Part shown: positions 47,886-57,864 of the stretch, in pieces
Layout of the letters: every line of letters starts with the position of its first letter
Position numbering within the stretch: the first letter of the stretch is position 1
Position numbers and translations under genes: made by a program
Notes under the pieces: model-generated
Database searches by the model: none
What the model was told of the DNA's origin: nothing
The model's input: the letters and a program-made list of their open reading frames with translations, nothing else
Assembly (NCBI GenBank): GCA_002788855.1
Contig: PFSB01000017.1
Coordinates: forward strand, 35,739 to 99,738
Length of the DNA stretch: 64,000 bases
Reading direction: 5' to 3'
From: Candidatus Roizmanbacteria bacterium CG_4_9_14_0_2_um_filter_38_17
GTDB lineage: Bacteria; Patescibacteriota; Microgenomatia; GCA-00278855

Positions 47886-49664
47886 TTATTCAAGTTGAAA
47901 AGAGTAGATTGTGTCTTTGGATAATAGATACACAGTATTGGCTGATTCTGAGACGGTAAAATCTAGTATATTATCTAGCTCTTTCCAGCTATACTGCGCT
48001 TTATATAATCCGTCTTCTCCTAGTGTTATTATTCTGTTGCCATCTAAAAGATATAAATTGTCTAGTTCAGGAGTTTTAACCAATTTCATGTTACTCCCAA
48101 GTTTTTGCTCTAAACCTCGAATATAATAAGAATCACGCCGACCTCCAATAAATTTTAGAATCTGAGAGCCAGAAGGTGAACCCGAAACAACCCAAATCGC
48201 CCCATCAATAGCAAATGTTTGTGGTTCCAATATTTTATAATCACCCAATAAATATGATTTTTTAGAAGAAAAGGTATCCCCAGCAGAAAGATATTTCCAG
48301 ATAGACCCATCGCTGCTTAATAGATACATATTCCCACCAAAGTATTTTAGATCAACAGCTTCTCCCCACTCTTCATCCTTTTCAATAATAGTTTGATCAT
48401 TAATTCCAACTATATTTACACCCTTGTCTGTGAGCATATATAAGCTAGAATTAGCTCCGGTAAGGTTGCTTGCTTTTATGAGCCAACTCCCACCGGCAAC
48501 AACTTCGCTTTTCTTTGTCTGTGCATCCAACTTTGCTACAAGCTGGTTCTTAGAGCTATATAAATACAAATTTGAACCTATTAGGTCTAGTTCATCAGCA
48601 CTGAGATTATCACGCAAAAGTGAGAGCTCAAAAAAAAGCTTGGGCTCTACTTGGTATGTTGCGGTTGCGGCTACTTGGGCATCTTTTAATTTTTGAAGCA
48701 GCTCTTCAACTTGCTTGTATTCAGAATCATTTTTATCTATTTTAAGTAGAAGCTCAGTTAACACTTGTTCTCCTTGGCCCAGAACACTGCGAGCGCGAAT
48801 GCGATTTAATTCAATCAGAGCTGTTCCCTCCTCTAACTTATGCTCGGCCATTGCAATAGATGTTGAAACTTGATCTTGAGAAACGCTTGGCGTGCTTATC
48901 CAACGGACTAATAGAAAAATTGTGGCAGCGATGATAACAAACGCCATGGTTTTAATGGGATAACGACTAATTAAACGCTTTGCGCGGCGCAACTGACGTG
49001 TGAAATTAGTGATCCTATGAATATTTCTGGTTATCCCTGGCAAAACAGCTGCAAGCTTCATTCTTGGTAGTTTAATTTTTATTGGCTGGTCTGCCTTTGC
49101 AATACCTGTGATCTGTAGCAATAACCCTACAGCTTCAAGCTTAGTTTTGTTTTTATTCTGAACTAGCTGTATTTCGTCAATAAGTTCGTCTATACTATCA
49201 ATATCTACGAGCTGCCTAATAAAATTAGCTTTGCCCATAGACTCGAGTCCAGGGGTATCAATGAGAGCCAGTCTGTCTCCATCTTGAAGCTTGCCTTGTG
49301 TCTGCCCACTTTTATCCAGCAACTCTATGGCTTGACCATTGCGAATTAAAAGAACTGTGGCGTTTGATGTATGCACAGTTACCGAATTAGTGTCAATAGA
49401 TACGTGTAGCGCGCCTATTGTCTCGATCTGATCTTGAAATGAAGCTAATAGTTTGTCTATTAATTGTTTGCGAGTGCCATTATTAAACTGCAAGTAACCG
49501 TTAATGGATAAACCATGAAACATCTGATTTATTAACAAGTGCCGACCTTCGGAGCTGGGAGCTGATTTGAGTTTGAGAATAACACCATAGTTATGCTGAA
49601 AATACGCTTGTGACCACACCTGGTGGCCACATATTAATGAGGCAGAGTGAAGCTTGAGGCTCAT
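47886..49664 (-). CDS. Hypothetical membrane protein with C-terminal beta-propeller-like region
   Basis: Central TM helix, helical stalk, repeated GxxLYL/IW strands. Confidence 0.7.
   Translation of the reverse strand: MSLKLHSASLICGHQVWSQAYFQHNYGVILKLKSAPSSEGRHLLINQMFHGLSINGYLQFNNGTRKQLIDKLLASFQDQIETIGALHVSIDTNSVTVHTSNATVLLIRNGQAIELLDKSGQTQGKLQDGDRLALIDTPGLESMGKANFIRQLVDIDSIDELIDEIQLVQNKNKTKLEAVGLLLQITGIAKADQPIKIKLPRMKLAAVLPGITRNIHRITNFTRQLRRAKRLISRYPIKTMAFVIIAATIFLLVRWISTPSVSQDQVSTSIAMAEHKLEEGTALIELNRIRARSVLGQGEQVLTELLLKIDKNDSEYKQVEELLQKLKDAQVAATATYQVEPKLFFELSLLRDNLSADELDLIGSNLYLYSSKNQLVAKLDAQTKKSEVVAGGSWLIKASNLTGANSSLYMLTDKGVNIVGINDQTIIEKDEEWGEAVDLKYFGGNMYLLSSDGSIWKYLSAGDTFSSKKSYLLGDYKILEPQTFAIDGAIWVVSGSPSGSQILKFIGGRRDSYYIRGLEQKLGSNMKLVKTPELDNLYLLDGNRIITLGEDGLYKAQYSWKELDNILDFTVSESANTVYLLSKDTIYSFQLE
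49507..49522 (+). repeat. Dispersed motif copy (1 mismatch), antisense inside CDS
   Basis: GATAAACCATGAAACA; reads MFHGLS. Confidence 0.85.
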
Positions 49665-49903
49665 AGCATAATTAAGCCCAGAATAAAGACACCGATGGCT
49701 AGAAAAAGATGAAAAATACTGATTAGGTTAAAAAGTGGAGAGGCCCCAAGCTTAATTGATTGTATCATTAAGTTAACTTGCCTCCAGACTGCGAATGCAA
49801 AAAAAATGTACATAAAAGCAATTGTAATTAGCATAAATTTGGCAATACCACCTGGGGTTATGCTTGTCAATAAGTCTAAAAATAAATTACTATTCAAGTT
49901 CAT
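49661..49903 (-). CDS. Small membrane protein (DUF5657-like)
   Basis: Two TM helices, RQVNLM. Confidence 0.7.
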   Translation of the reverse strand: MNLNSNLFLDLLTSITPGGIAKFMLITIAFMYIFFAFAVWRQVNLMIQSIKLGASPLFNLISIFHLFLAIGVFILGLIML

Positions 49904-50480
49904 CTTTATGTTTAGCTATAAATGCTTGTGCTTTTGATGGTTCGTTTTGCTCCCAAACTTCTAGAATTTTCCTGACAACAGCAGCCGGATCTGGAACGTC
50001 TTCAAAGTCTAGATTTGGTTTAGCGCCAGCTGTCTGAATAAATACATCTCCAAAGTTAAAAGTTGTTCTGACGAAACCTGTTCGTCTGAAAGTAATATCT
50101 TCCAGTTGAGTAATTCTCGTCGCGGTTTCTTCTTTCGATAGTAAGGATGGAAACTCAATATCCACCAGCCTATGGTTGGTAACCAGATCAACGTCATAAA
50201 ACCAAAGCAAGAAGCGCATAAATGCATAGCCAAATGTACTCATATACCATATGAATAAAATATAGATAATTAGGTTGAAAGTTATAAACGTAGGCAGAAC
50301 ACCAATTTCAAGTATTAGTGGCACGATGAGCAAAGGCGTAAGCGCTAATAAAATTGCGCTGACTATCCAGGAAATTTGAGTAATGGGATGGCGACGCAAT
50401 AATAATACAATATCTTCGTCACTTGTTTGTGTCTCAAATCGTAATCCCCGTGGTTTATGTATAAAACTTGCAAGTATCAT
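49890..50480 (-). CDS. Membrane protein with bacterial PH domain
   Basis: LLLRRHP, VTNHRLVD, FNFGDVFIQTAG. Confidence 0.8.
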   Translation of the reverse strand: MILASFIHKPRGLRFETQTSDEDIVLLLRRHPITQISWIVSAILLALTPLLIVPLILEIGVLPTFITFNLIIYILFIWYMSTFGYAFMRFLLWFYDVDLVTNHRLVDIEFPSLLSKEETATRITQLEDITFRRTGFVRTTFNFGDVFIQTAGAKPNLDFEDVPDPAAVVRKILEVWEQNEPSKAQAFIAKHKDELE

Positions 50481-52237
50481 TTTCTTTCTATATTATACAG
50501 TGGTCCTACAATTTGAATATTTGCCGGTGCCCTTAGATTGAAATAGCTTTTAAATTCATCTCCATTAAAACTAATTCCATTAATATTCACACTCGTTGTT
50601 CTACCGTTCCCAAAATCTGCTCCGACAGAAACACTAGTAGCATTATCTATTGGCGACCCTCCCCTACTTCTTAGTTCTTGTTTCACTTTGTCTTCATTCC
50701 AGACTTCACCCCCATAAGGATGTGCTTTGTCAGTTTGGTAAAAATGATCGCCCAAATTACTGTCTTTCTTTGCCAGCATTATCACATTGGCAATATCCGC
50801 AACTTCATTTGGTTTTAGCCATGCTGATTTACCATATTCACCGCGCGAACCTTGAGCAGCATAGAAACATGGTGAATCTTTATCATATGCTTTACTATTA
50901 AGATCTTCAAAACTATTTGCGCTTCCGTTTGTATCTTGGGTTCTTTTGGTCCAACTCTTGTTTGATCCCCATACATCTGCTGAACTATAAGTATAGCCTC
51001 CATCGGTTGATGAATACCAAGCTATTATAATCTCACCTCCATTAGTTAAAACCTTACCTGCAGTATCATTTACTGCTTGCTCCCATGCGCCACCTTTTGG
51101 ATCAGTTTTAAATACCTGACAGTATTGATTAGCACAGATAGATTTTCGTCCTCTATCTGTTTGGGCTATAACATATGAGCGAGCGGCAATTGCCTGTGCC
51201 TTTAAAGCTTCACTTGGCCAACTTGCTGGGACTTCGTATATTCTTTTGATATATTCTTCTAGATTTCCACTCCAGATAACATTCCCAGCATCATATCCAT
51301 TCCCATCGTTAACATTGATGGTTGTTTCTATTTGTTGGGATCCATCAAAGCTGTAGTATGCATTTAAAATTGCTTCTGCATTTTGTCCTGCTTGAGCCCT
51401 ACCCAACGCCCCGTATTGGTTCATACCCACTCTGTGCGGAATTCCGTAAGTATAAAAAGCAAGTGCTGGAGAAAATCCAGGATCAATTTTTCTATCATCT
51501 GTGCAAAATAGTGCCCCTGCTCCTAAGCTTATTGGTAAGTTTAAGTTTCCTAATCTTGCGGACAAAATACTTTGTTGGCGGGCAGAAAGCTGGGCAATTT
51601 GGCCTTGTAAATCCGACTGGTATGCTTTTGCTCCCGCTACTTCTTTACGAAAGAAAGCAGCTTGTTCATCTGTTTTTTCTTTTACTATCGCAAGTCGGAC
51701 TTTTTCACTTTTAAGCTCTTCTTTCTTCTCTTCCAGGTTTTTAATAAACAATACTAATTGCACAATTTCGTTACGGTCTTGTTCGAGAACTCGCTTGTTA
51801 TATCCAGCTAGACGAATGGTCTCACCCAAGCTTGCTTTTGTCCCGAACAGCATCTGGATAGTTAAACTGTCTAGCCTTTTATCTTTAATAAAGAACTCGC
51901 GGATGCGCTTTTCAAGTAAGACTTGTTTCTGTGTTAGATTCTTATCTCCCTCATCTATCTTGCGCTCTTTATCTTTAAAACTGGCCTCAACTCGTTTAAT
52001 ACCATCCTGAATATTAGCTAAGTTCTGTTCTAATCCCTTTAGGGTTGTTTCAAGTGGAGCTGTGGCAGATTGACTTTGTTCTAGCTTATTAGATAGATTA
52101 GCAAGCTCCTTTTCAATATCCTCCAGTTCTCCAGCTTGAGCAAAGTTCGTAAACAGTAAAGAGTGAAAAGTAAAGAGAATAAGAATAGCTATAATTGCTA
52201 TGTTTTTTAGTCGCAAAATTTTATTTATAGCTCTCAT
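50477..52237 (-). CDS. SpoIID/LytB-domain lytic transglycosylase with coiled coil
   Basis: GMNQYGA, EVPASWPSEALKAQAIAARSY, CQVF. Confidence 0.88.
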   Translation of the reverse strand: MRAINKILRLKNIAIIAILILFTFHSLLFTNFAQAGELEDIEKELANLSNKLEQSQSATAPLETTLKGLEQNLANIQDGIKRVEASFKDKERKIDEGDKNLTQKQVLLEKRIREFFIKDKRLDSLTIQMLFGTKASLGETIRLAGYNKRVLEQDRNEIVQLVLFIKNLEEKKEELKSEKVRLAIVKEKTDEQAAFFRKEVAGAKAYQSDLQGQIAQLSARQQSILSARLGNLNLPISLGAGALFCTDDRKIDPGFSPALAFYTYGIPHRVGMNQYGALGRAQAGQNAEAILNAYYSFDGSQQIETTINVNDGNGYDAGNVIWSGNLEEYIKRIYEVPASWPSEALKAQAIAARSYVIAQTDRGRKSICANQYCQVFKTDPKGGAWEQAVNDTAGKVLTNGGEIIIAWYSSTDGGYTYSSADVWGSNKSWTKRTQDTNGSANSFEDLNSKAYDKDSPCFYAAQGSRGEYGKSAWLKPNEVADIANVIMLAKKDSNLGDHFYQTDKAHPYGGEVWNEDKVKQELRSRGGSPIDNATSVSVGADFGNGRTTSVNINGISFNGDEFKSYFNLRAPANIQIVGPLYNIERK

Positions 52238-53082
52238 TTGTTCATTAAACCAAGAAGTTGACGATTATTCTGATATAGTTTATGAAAGTTATTAGCAAAA
52301 TTTTCTACAAATGAGCTATCGGTGAAAAATGGCAGAAGATCTTCTTTTAAGTAATTCGATTTTATGGCTTGAATGTTTTTATCGAGCAATGTTTGTATTT
52401 CTGCTGTTTTGCTAATTTTTGTAATATCCTTCAATCGCTTTAGATTAGGCTCTACTCTCTGTTCCATAAACCAGATAAGATCGTAATAGTCTCTTCCTTT
52501 AAAAGTAATTAAACCTCCTTTGTCTTTGCGAAATGTGCGTTGAAGTATAGCAGCAATTTTAGAAGAGCACATATCGGCTAAAGAATATCTGTTAATAATA
52601 AAATTAAAGTCTCCGATGTTCTTAATAGAAATTTCCTTCATATAATACTTACTATCCAGTGGGCCCAGATCAATTCGCACAAAAAGAACATTGCTGTCGC
52701 TAGGAGTAATATTTAAACCTACCCGGTCTAACATGGGAAACTTTAGGTACATCTGACTCTTATTCCCTGCTAACTTAAATTCAAAATCTTTCACTTGTAG
52801 ACTGCCAACAAAGTAGTTTGTTAAATCTCTCTCAAATCTAGAAATTGATAGATTATTAAAGTTTGCTACATCAAAATCCAGGTCTTCTGATAATCTGGGT
52901 AGTCCAAAACAGAAACGCAGAGCTGTTCCACCTTTAAAAATAAAGCTTTTACCATATCTAGAGCTGTAGACGTAGTTTAATACATATCCCTGCAATGCTT
53001 CTTTTAGCAGATTCCTTAAATATGGTGGACTAGCGCTTTTTTTGTTTAGCTGGACTATGCTGGAAAGTTTATTTATTAACAT
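52234..53082 (-). CDS. abiEii: AbiEii nucleotidyltransferase toxin
   Basis: FIFKGGTALR...RLSEDLDF, KIAA, GRDYYDL. Confidence 0.92.
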   Translation of the reverse strand: MLINKLSSIVQLNKKSASPPYLRNLLKEALQGYVLNYVYSSRYGKSFIFKGGTALRFCFGLPRLSEDLDFDVANFNNLSISRFERDLTNYFVGSLQVKDFEFKLAGNKSQMYLKFPMLDRVGLNITPSDSNVLFVRIDLGPLDSKYYMKEISIKNIGDFNFIINRYSLADMCSSKIAAILQRTFRKDKGGLITFKGRDYYDLIWFMEQRVEPNLKRLKDITKISKTAEIQTLLDKNIQAIKSNYLKEDLLPFFTDSSFVENFANNFHKLYQNNRQLLGLMNK

Positions 53083-53707
53083 ATTTTGCTATCCTCTCCA
53101 TCTTAGCAGAATTAGATAATTTCACGTAGCTCTTGAATTCTCTAATATCTTCATCCTGTAGCTGACTCCAGTTAATTCGTAAAGATGCTTTAATTTCTGT
53201 TTCTAGGTCTTTACCTAAGTTACGTTTTAGATATAAGAAATCAAATAGTGTTTTAGCTTTTGTGGCGATTGCTATAGTGTATGTATCTCCGCTTACTATT
53301 GAATATCCTGTAAATAATTTATTCTTAATACTCCGATAAGCAAAACTGCCTAGCTGGTTTTGAAACAGCCGGGTTGATTTATTTGTTATGCTTGTGATTT
53401 GGTAGGTTGCTTCAGGAATTAAATTATATTTACTAAGCATGTACTCAAGAGAAAGATAAGAAGGATAACGCAGGATATTTGCTACGTATTCTAGGTAGAG
53501 TTCTTTATTAGACACAGAACTATAATACGGATCAGTAACGTACATGCCCTTTTTTAGACTAATTAAATAACCTTTATTAGCAAGCTGCTCAATTTTTTTA
53601 TCAAGATTCTTACCATCCTTTCCAATAAGCATCCCCGCCGTTGACTTAGTGAAGTACGGTAGCAGCTCAAGCTGAGCCTGATCTTTTATTCCAGATATGC
53701 TAATCAT
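53069..53707 (-). CDS. abiEi: AbiEi-like antitoxin
   Basis: LKKGMY, PSYLSLEY.L, LIPE, ITSIT; coupled to AbiEii. Confidence 0.85.
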   Translation of the reverse strand: MISISGIKDQAQLELLPYFTKSTAGMLIGKDGKNLDKKIEQLANKGYLISLKKGMYVTDPYYSSVSNKELYLEYVANILRYPSYLSLEYMLSKYNLIPEATYQITSITNKSTRLFQNQLGSFAYRSIKNKLFTGYSIVSGDTYTIAIATKAKTLFDFLYLKRNLGKDLETEIKASLRINWSQLQDEDIREFKSYVKLSNSAKMERIAKYVNK

Positions 53708-53795
53708 AGTGTAGTAATTATGGAATAGATGTTAGAGAAAGTCAAGCATTCGTGCTCAACTTGTTTCGCCTACGAATTTGCGCTACACTTGAACT

Positions 53796-54323
53796 ATGAG
53801 GAAAGCTTTTATATTTTTTGTTTTGTTGATTAGTCCGTGGCTTTTTCAGGTTTCTCTGGTGTATGCTCACGAAATAGCTCCTGCTCCGCATGTGTCCATT
53901 GCTATACCAACACCTGATGCGGCTCAAAGATGTGATATTTGTGGGTCTTGCTATAACCAAGCTACGCAAGTGAATGATGAACCTGGAGACTATGATCAAT
54001 GTGTTTTGTGTTTAACAAAAAATACTGCTGGCCATCCACCTGAGCATAAATGGACGCCGTTGGGTTGTTTGCCAACGTCTCCGGGGTTATTTACCCAGGT
54101 AATATTGCGTGTATTTGTCTCCATTGTGGGTGGCGTTGCTTTCTTAGCAATTCTCTATGGTGGAGGACTAATTCTCTTCTCGAATGGGATACCAGAAAGG
54201 GTTGAGACAGGACGCAGTATTCTTATATCTTCAGTAGCGGGGGTATTACTAGTGATCTTTGCGGTATTTATATTAGAGTTTATCGGCCTGGAGATCTTCG
54301 GGTTACCAGGATTTGGAGGATGA
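53796..54323 (+). CDS. VirB2/TrbC-like pilin domain protein with Cys-rich extracellular part
   Basis: WTPLGCLPT, GGVAFLAILYGG..SNG.PE..GR, TM hairpin. Confidence 0.7.
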   Translation: MRKAFIFFVLLISPWLFQVSLVYAHEIAPAPHVSIAIPTPDAAQRCDICGSCYNQATQVNDEPGDYDQCVLCLTKNTAGHPPEHKWTPLGCLPTSPGLFTQVILRVFVSIVGGVAFLAILYGGGLILFSNGIPERVETGRSILISSVAGVLLVIFAVFILEFIGLEIFGLPGFGG

Positions 54324-54370
54324 TGGCAAATATTGGCAAATATTGGCAATTGGTGTTATAATTTAGATTG

Positions 54371-54386
54371 GGTAAACCATGAAACA
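54371..54386 (+). repeat. Dispersed motif copy at antitoxin start
   Basis: Exact match GGTAAACCATGAAACA. Confidence 0.9.
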
Positions 54387-54660
54387 TATGAGAACAGTAA
54401 ATATTTCACTACCAGAAAATTTAGCTCAGCGAATTGAAGTTTTGTTAGCACAAAAAGAGTTTGTTTCTCGCTCAGAAGTGGTACGGACAGCGTTAAGAGT
54501 ATTTTTTACGCTGGAGCAAAGAGTGGATCCAGTTGAATTAGTTCCGTTTACAAAAAAACCACTAATAGATATTAAATCTGAACTTAAAGAAGCAGGTCAT
54601 GATTCTGTTTTTGTGGATAGTGTGATAAAGGGCTTAAAGGAATCGTCTGTATATAAGTAA
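54379..54660 (+). CDS. Ribbon-helix-helix (CopG) antitoxin
   Basis: TVNISLPENL...SRSEVVRTALR; true start may be 54388. Confidence 0.85.
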   Translation: MKHMRTVNISLPENLAQRIEVLLAQKEFVSRSEVVRTALRVFFTLEQRVDPVELVPFTKKPLIDIKSELKEAGHDSVFVDSVIKGLKESSVYK

Positions 54661-54669
54661 TCGTAATTC

Positions 54670-54811
54670 ATGCAAATTCTGCCGCTTAAAGCTGTTGCCA
54701 AAACATCTTAATATCTACTCATTTCGTATTGATCGTAAATGGAGAGCTATTTTTATAGTGACAAGAGATAACAAAGCAGAGATTATTGATATTAATCTAC
54801 ATTATAGGTAA
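54670..54811 (+). pseudogene. Internally deleted, frameshifted RelE/HigB-like toxin
   Basis: MQILPLK in one frame, KLLPKHLNIYSFRIDRKWRAIF...EIIDINLHYR* in another. Confidence 0.7.
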
Positions 54812-54858
54812 GATGGATTTAGAATTTGTTGGATTTATAGGATAAAGGAGTTAATTAT

Positions 54859-56175
54859 ATGAAGTTATCAAAAATGAGCTTATTTAAGAACCGTCCCTTA
54901 TTACTTAGTTTGGTTTTGCTGTGCATCTTGTATCTAGCTAGCCCAACAAAAGCATATGCTCAAAACATCTCAATTCAACCAGAAGAATTTAGGACAACTG
55001 TTGATGAGTTTGGCATTGATCTCACAAATCTAAATCCCGATGTCGAGTATAAATTAAATATCCAATGCTTAGGTACACAAGTTGACTACAAATATAGCTT
55101 TGTGCCCAAGAGTCTAGATAGGGCCTATTGGCTAGATGAGATCCCAACATCTATTAAATTATACATTTACAAGTCAGGGCAAGGAATGAATTGTACTTTT
55201 CAATCTAATAACTACGATTCCCAGGTTCACACTGTTACTCTTACATGGGGAAGTAATGGTAAAACTCAAAAAAATTACAAAGTTTTGCCAAGAGAGAATT
55301 ACTGCAATGTTGAATTTGATAACGACAATATCGATGTTAATTTCGATCTGAGCACCGCCGGCTTTCGTATTTATCCCGTAGATGGGTATATATTTACTGG
55401 AATTCACGGAGTTATACTTAGAGATAAAGATAATACAATTATATACAATGTTACCGGTATTATCGCGGATGATGATGGTAAAATAAAAGGACATTTGGAT
55501 GAATTTGGAGAATTCTCTAACCCTGGCACATATTCAGTTGAATTAATTAAAAATAGTAATCAATTATGCACTGGCTCATTTAATTTATATAGTTATTTAG
55601 AACCAACTCCAACACCAGATCCTCAATTCACAGCTGTCTGTAACCAAGGTTACGATGACTACTTGTCTAAGTCTGAAAATTCTGGCAAGACCGCAGCTGA
55701 ACTTCTTAGTGGCTTTTGTTCTCAGTCGCAATACTCTAGTTGCCATCAGTGTCCTCAGCCTACTCCAGGACAGCCAGGGATTAATCCAAGGGCAATTTGT
55801 GAGCAATTAGGAGATAGTAATGATCAGTCGTCGTGTTTTAAGTGTTTTGACCCAAAAAATTATGGTTCTGATGCAAATGAACGCTCTAAATCCCCTGGTT
55901 CCTGGACGGCGCTGGGGTGTATACCAACAGATACAGCGGGCTTTGTGAAGTGGTTATTGGGACCTTTCATGGGGATTGCGGGAGGAATTGCCTTTTTGTT
56001 GATCTTAAAGGGTGGATATCAGATCATGTTTTCACAAGGAAATCCGGAGTCAATTACGGATGGAAGAGATACGATAGTTGCCGCAGTCTCTGGACTTGTT
56101 GTGATAATCCTTTCAGTAGCAATTTTGGAGATAATTGGAGTGGAAATATTAAATATACCAGGATTTGGTAGATAA
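54859..56175 (+). CDS. Large secreted protein with C-terminal VirB2-like pilin domain
   Basis: Signal peptide, beta-rich and Cys-rich regions, WTALGCIPT...GGIAFL..SQGNPE; paralogous to 53796..54323. Confidence 0.7.
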   Translation: MKLSKMSLFKNRPLLLSLVLLCILYLASPTKAYAQNISIQPEEFRTTVDEFGIDLTNLNPDVEYKLNIQCLGTQVDYKYSFVPKSLDRAYWLDEIPTSIKLYIYKSGQGMNCTFQSNNYDSQVHTVTLTWGSNGKTQKNYKVLPRENYCNVEFDNDNIDVNFDLSTAGFRIYPVDGYIFTGIHGVILRDKDNTIIYNVTGIIADDDGKIKGHLDEFGEFSNPGTYSVELIKNSNQLCTGSFNLYSYLEPTPTPDPQFTAVCNQGYDDYLSKSENSGKTAAELLSGFCSQSQYSSCHQCPQPTPGQPGINPRAICEQLGDSNDQSSCFKCFDPKNYGSDANERSKSPGSWTALGCIPTDTAGFVKWLLGPFMGIAGGIAFLLILKGGYQIMFSQGNPESITDGRDTIVAAVSGLVVIILSVAILEIIGVEILNIPGFGR

Positions 56176-56215
56176 TGATTATAACCGTTAATAAGTTGAC
56201 AAAAGATAACAGAAA

Positions 56216-56333
56216 CGAGACAAGGCGAGGCTTTTCACTTTAGTGGATAGCCTTGCCTTAAGCGAGTGATTGTCTTATCCGCTTAACTTAAAGGCAAGAC
56301 CTTCCATTTCATGTAGGGTCTTGCCTTGTCTCG
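56216..56333. repeat. REPIN/BIME-like composite of two inverted doublet hairpins
   Basis: CGAGACAAGGC...CCTTGCCTTAAG (56216-56262) and AAGGCAAGACCTT...GGTCTTGCCTTGTCTCG (56291-56333). Confidence 0.8.
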
Positions 56334-56533
56334 CTTGTTGAATTGTGAACAGTTACTAATCTAGGGTTTGGCAGGTAGTTGATTGTGTATTATGATTACA
56401 TCATGAGAAATACTAAACAAAAACGCATGAAAGCAATAAAGATAAAAAAGCCGTTGAAACATGGCTTAAAGAAACAAGAGACGAGTGGCCGGATAGGTGG
56501 AAATCCAATGAAAGATATTGATATAATTTCATT

Positions 56534-56890
56534 ATGAATGATAAATTGGCATTAACATTACCGGGGGGGTTTGATGTAGATGTTCCTGTTCCTACGGTTG
56601 GGGCTGGGACTCCAACTCCGGATGGCTTGCTGCAGCAAGGTGGGATTAACATAGGGACAATTATTAACTCATTGCTGCCTTTGGTGTTTTGGTTTGCCGG
56701 AATTTTGTTATTTGTTTATCTTATTTATGGAGGGTACAAGATGCTTACCTCGATGGGAGATGAAGGAGCTATAGAAGAAGCAAAAGGCACGATTACCAAT
56801 GCAATTCTGGGGATAGCTATTGTATTTGTGGCATACTTTGTAGCCCAATGGATGGCGAGTGTTTTTGGAATCAACGACCTGTTTGGTTAA
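56534..56890 (+). CDS. VirB2/TrbC-like pilin
   Basis: AGILLFVYLIYGGY..TSMGD...AKGTITNAILG. Confidence 0.8.
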   Translation: MNDKLALTLPGGFDVDVPVPTVGAGTPTPDGLLQQGGINIGTIINSLLPLVFWFAGILLFVYLIYGGYKMLTSMGDEGAIEEAKGTITNAILGIAIVFVAYFVAQWMASVFGINDLFG

Positions 56891-57864
56891 AAAAGGTGGT
56901 TTTGGGTTAAGCGTGCTCCCTTTGCTGGTTTGTTGATGATAACTCTTTTTACTTCAGGTAGTTGCTTGAGTTTGTTGACAAGTATTTTTGTATTCTTTTC
57001 CTGACAAATAATGTGAACATCCTGTCCGGTATTAATTGTGAAATAAGTTTCCAGTCCCTTGTTTCGCCAACTCTTAACCGCTTTCATTACGATAAGAGTT
57101 CCATTCTGCCAGTAAATCAGCGATGGCCAAGAGGTTAACATTATTGCGTGCAATTCTAATGCTTCCACCTCTAACAATTTTCCAAAAGCCGTAAAATCTT
57201 TTGTTTTAATATACTGGATGGCTTTTTTTATTTTATTATCTATATTTTTTAATCGTGTATCCATAAAGAGGCTTGAGCCTGAAATTGTTTGGCCCTCACT
57301 GGTAGAGATGTCTTTTTTACTGGAACTTACAAGTGCTACAACGTCAACAATGTTCCAGTGATTGGCATTAAAAATTGTTTTGGCAAAAGACGTTTCGCTC
57401 GTATCACCATTCATCCACTGAACAAAGCCATCCGGAATTGAGCGGCAGGCGGATCCAGATCCTTGGCGGGCAAGAATAGAGAGCTCCTTTTCACTTAGAT
57501 TAAGTCCTGCCGATTTTGCTGATGCAACTGTTAAGGCAGCAAATCCTGAGGCAGAAGACGAGAGACCTGTTGAGCTGGAAAAATTATTTATTGATATGAC
57601 TTTTGCATGTGTATTAATTTGAGCTAAAGTACGTACGCGGTCCAGCTGCGTAATTGCACGAGCAGATTCGTCTTTGATCGTTTTACCATTAATAATTATT
57701 TCGTCTTTGGTATATTTTTGTGAAAATTCAATCGTTGTTGTTGTGGTTAAATTGCTTAGATTCATAGCAATACTACCGTTTTCCGGTAGGCGTAAGTTTT
57801 CGTCCTTCCTTCCCCAATACTTAATAAAGGCGATGTTGGATGGGGCTATTGCTGTTGCTTTCAT
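56887..57864 (-). CDS. mvaD: Diphosphomevalonate decarboxylase
   Basis: NIAFIKYWG, GLSSSASG, ARQGSGSACRS. Confidence 0.93.
   Translation of the reverse strand: MKATAIAPSNIAFIKYWGRKDENLRLPENGSIAMNLSNLTTTTTIEFSQKYTKDEIIINGKTIKDESARAITQLDRVRTLAQINTHAKVISINNFSSSTGLSSSASGFAALTVASAKSAGLNLSEKELSILARQGSGSACRSIPDGFVQWMNGDTSETSFAKTIFNANHWNIVDVVALVSSSKKDISTSEGQTISGSSLFMDTRLKNIDNKIKKAIQYIKTKDFTAFGKLLEVEALELHAIMLTSWPSLIYWQNGTLIVMKAVKSWRNKGLETYFTINTGQDVHIICQEKNTKILVNKLKQLPEVKRVIINKPAKGARLTQNHLF

Noticed and set aside
56403-56652. Short ORFs upstream of or overlapping the third pilin
   Set aside because: No recognisable family; possibly an antitoxin fragment but not supportable.
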